Assembly: GCF_009931435.1 (NCBI RefSeq)
Contig: NZ_CP043414.1
Strand: one strand, 5' to 3'
Length of the DNA stretch: 64,000 nt
Source of the DNA: Escherichia coli
GTDB lineage: Bacteria; Pseudomonadota; Gammaproteobacteria; Enterobacterales; Enterobacteriaceae
Shown one piece after another: positions 62,508 to 64,000 of the stretch. Under the pieces are notes generated by a model. The model worked only from the letters and a program-made list of their open reading frames with translations, ran no database searches and was not told the origin of the DNA. The position numbers were made by a program, and so were the translations under genes. The first letter of the stretch is position 1. Each line of letters begins with the position of its first letter.

Positions 62508-63722
62508 ATGAAATTACCGATTTATCTCGACTACTCCGCAACCACGCCGGTGGACCCGCGTGTTGCCGAGAAAATGATGCAGTTTATGACGATGGACGGA
62601 ACCTTTGGTAACCCGGCCTCCCGTTCTCACCGTTTCGGCTGGCAGGCTGAAGAAGCGGTAGATATCGCTCGTAATCAGATTGCCGATCTGGTTGGCGCTG
62701 ATCCGCGTGAAATCGTCTTTACCTCTGGTGCTACCGAATCTGACAACCTGGCGATCAAAGGTGCTGCTAACTTTTATCAGAAAAAAGGCAAGCACATCAT
62801 CACCAGCAAAACCGAACACAAAGCGGTACTGGATACCTGCCGTCAGCTGGAGCGCGAAGGTTTTGAAGTCACTTACCTGGCACCGCAGCGTAACGGTATT
62901 ATCGACCTGAAAGAACTCGAAGCAGCGATGCGTGACGACACCATCCTTGTTTCCATCATGCACGTAAATAACGAAATCGGCGTGGTGCAGGATATCGCGG
63001 CTATCGGTGAAATGTGCCGTGCTCGTGGCATTATCTATCACGTTGATGCAACCCAGAGCGTGGGCAAACTGCCTATCGACCTGAGCCAGTTGAAAGTTGA
63101 CCTGATGTCTTTCTCCGGTCACAAAATCTACGGCCCGAAAGGTATCGGTGCGCTGTATGTGCGTCGTAAACCGCGCGTACGTATCGAAGCACAAATGCAC
63201 GGCGGCGGTCACGAGCGCGGTATGCGTTCCGGTACTCTGCCTGTTCACCAGATCGTCGGGATGGGCGAAGCCTATCGCATCGCAAAAGAAGAGATGGCGA
63301 CCGAGATGGAACGCCTGCGCGGCCTGCGTAACCGTCTGTGGAACGGCATCAAAGATATCGAAGAAGTTTACCTGAACGGTGACCTGGAACACGGTGCGCC
63401 GAACATTCTCAACGTCAGCTTTAACTACGTTGAAGGTGAGTCGCTGATTATGGCGCTGAAAGACCTTGCGGTTTCTTCCGGTTCTGCCTGTACGTCAGCA
63501 AGCCTCGAACCGTCCTACGTGCTGCGCGCGCTGGGGCTGAACGACGAGCTGGCACATAGCTCTATCCGTTTCTCTTTAGGTCGTTTTACTACTGAAGAAG
63601 AGATCGACTACACCATCGAGTTAGTTCGTAAATCCATCGGTCGTCTGCGTGACCTTTCTCCGCTGTGGGAAATGTACAAGCAGGGCGTGGATCTGAACAG
63701 CATCGAATGGGCACATCATTAA
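62508..63722 (+). CDS. iscS: Cysteine desulfurase IscS
   Basis: Start at ATG 62508 ([19 protein letters not shown], 404 aa); PLP-lysine [12 protein letters not shown], active-site loop SSGSACTS. Confidence 0.96.
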
Positions 63723-63750
63723 TCGGTATCGGAATCAGGAGAATTTATAA

Positions 63751-64000
63751 TGGCTTACAGCGAAAAAGTTATCGATCATTACGAGAATCCGCGTAACGTG
63801 GGTTCCTTCGACAACAACGACGAGAACGTGGGCAGTGGCATGGTGGGTGCACCGGCCTGTGGCGACGTGATGAAGTTGCAGATTAAAGTCAACGATGAAG
63901 GTATCATTGAAGACGCGCGTTTTAAAACTTACGGCTGCGGTTCCGCTATCGCTTCCAGCTCCCTGGTCACCGAATGGGTGAAAGGGAAGTCTCTCGACGA
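63751..64000 (+). CDS. iscU: Fe-S cluster scaffold protein IscU (partial, continues beyond window end)
   Basis: ATG 63751: MAYSEKVIDHYENPRNVGSF ... GAPACGDVMKLQIKV ... YGCGSAIASS; truncated by window end. Confidence 0.93.

Noticed and set aside
62514-63392. 292-aa minus-strand ORF inside iscS
   Set aside because: Antisense to iscS, whose PLP-lysine and active-site cysteine motifs are intact; an antisense artefact.

Overview
This window reads as conserved enterobacterial core chromosome, essentially the Escherichia coli K-12 pssA-to-iscU segment (b2585 down to b2529) in reverse-complement orientation. Gene content, order, overlaps and protein lengths all match that segment: pssA(partial)-patZ-tapT/yfiP-trxC | yfiF | ung | grcA | eamB | yfiE | srmB | trmN6 | nadB | rseD-rpoE-rseABC | lepA-lepB | rnc-era-recO-pdxJ-acpS | shoB | yfhL-yfhH | pgpC-tadA | mltF | purL | glmY-glrK-qseG-glrR-glnB | hmp | glyA | yphH | yphGFEDCB | yphA | hcaDBCFE | hcaR-hcaT | csiE-yfhR-suhB | trmJ | iscR-iscS-iscU(partial). 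I found no rRNA or tRNA genes, CRISPR array, IS element, integrase, prophage or defence island, and no previously undescribed system; I prefer to say so rather than invent one. Features missing from the ORF track but supported by the sequence are the 26-codon type I toxin gene shoB, the sRNA glmY with its sigma54 promoter and three GlrR-type inverted repeats, the rseD leader ORF overlapping rpoE, REP/BIME repeats, two ERIC-type repeats (era-recO and iscR-iscS spacers), and several operator sites and terminators. The most function-poor part is the yphH-yphA locus, an uncharacterised sugar-type ABC transporter cluster with a 1093-aa TPR-tailed protein. Gene names and protein identities rest on recalled E. 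coli sequences and motifs, not on a database search; many start codons were moved downstream of the ORF-track start to match conserved N-termini (the track counts GTG/TTG as M).
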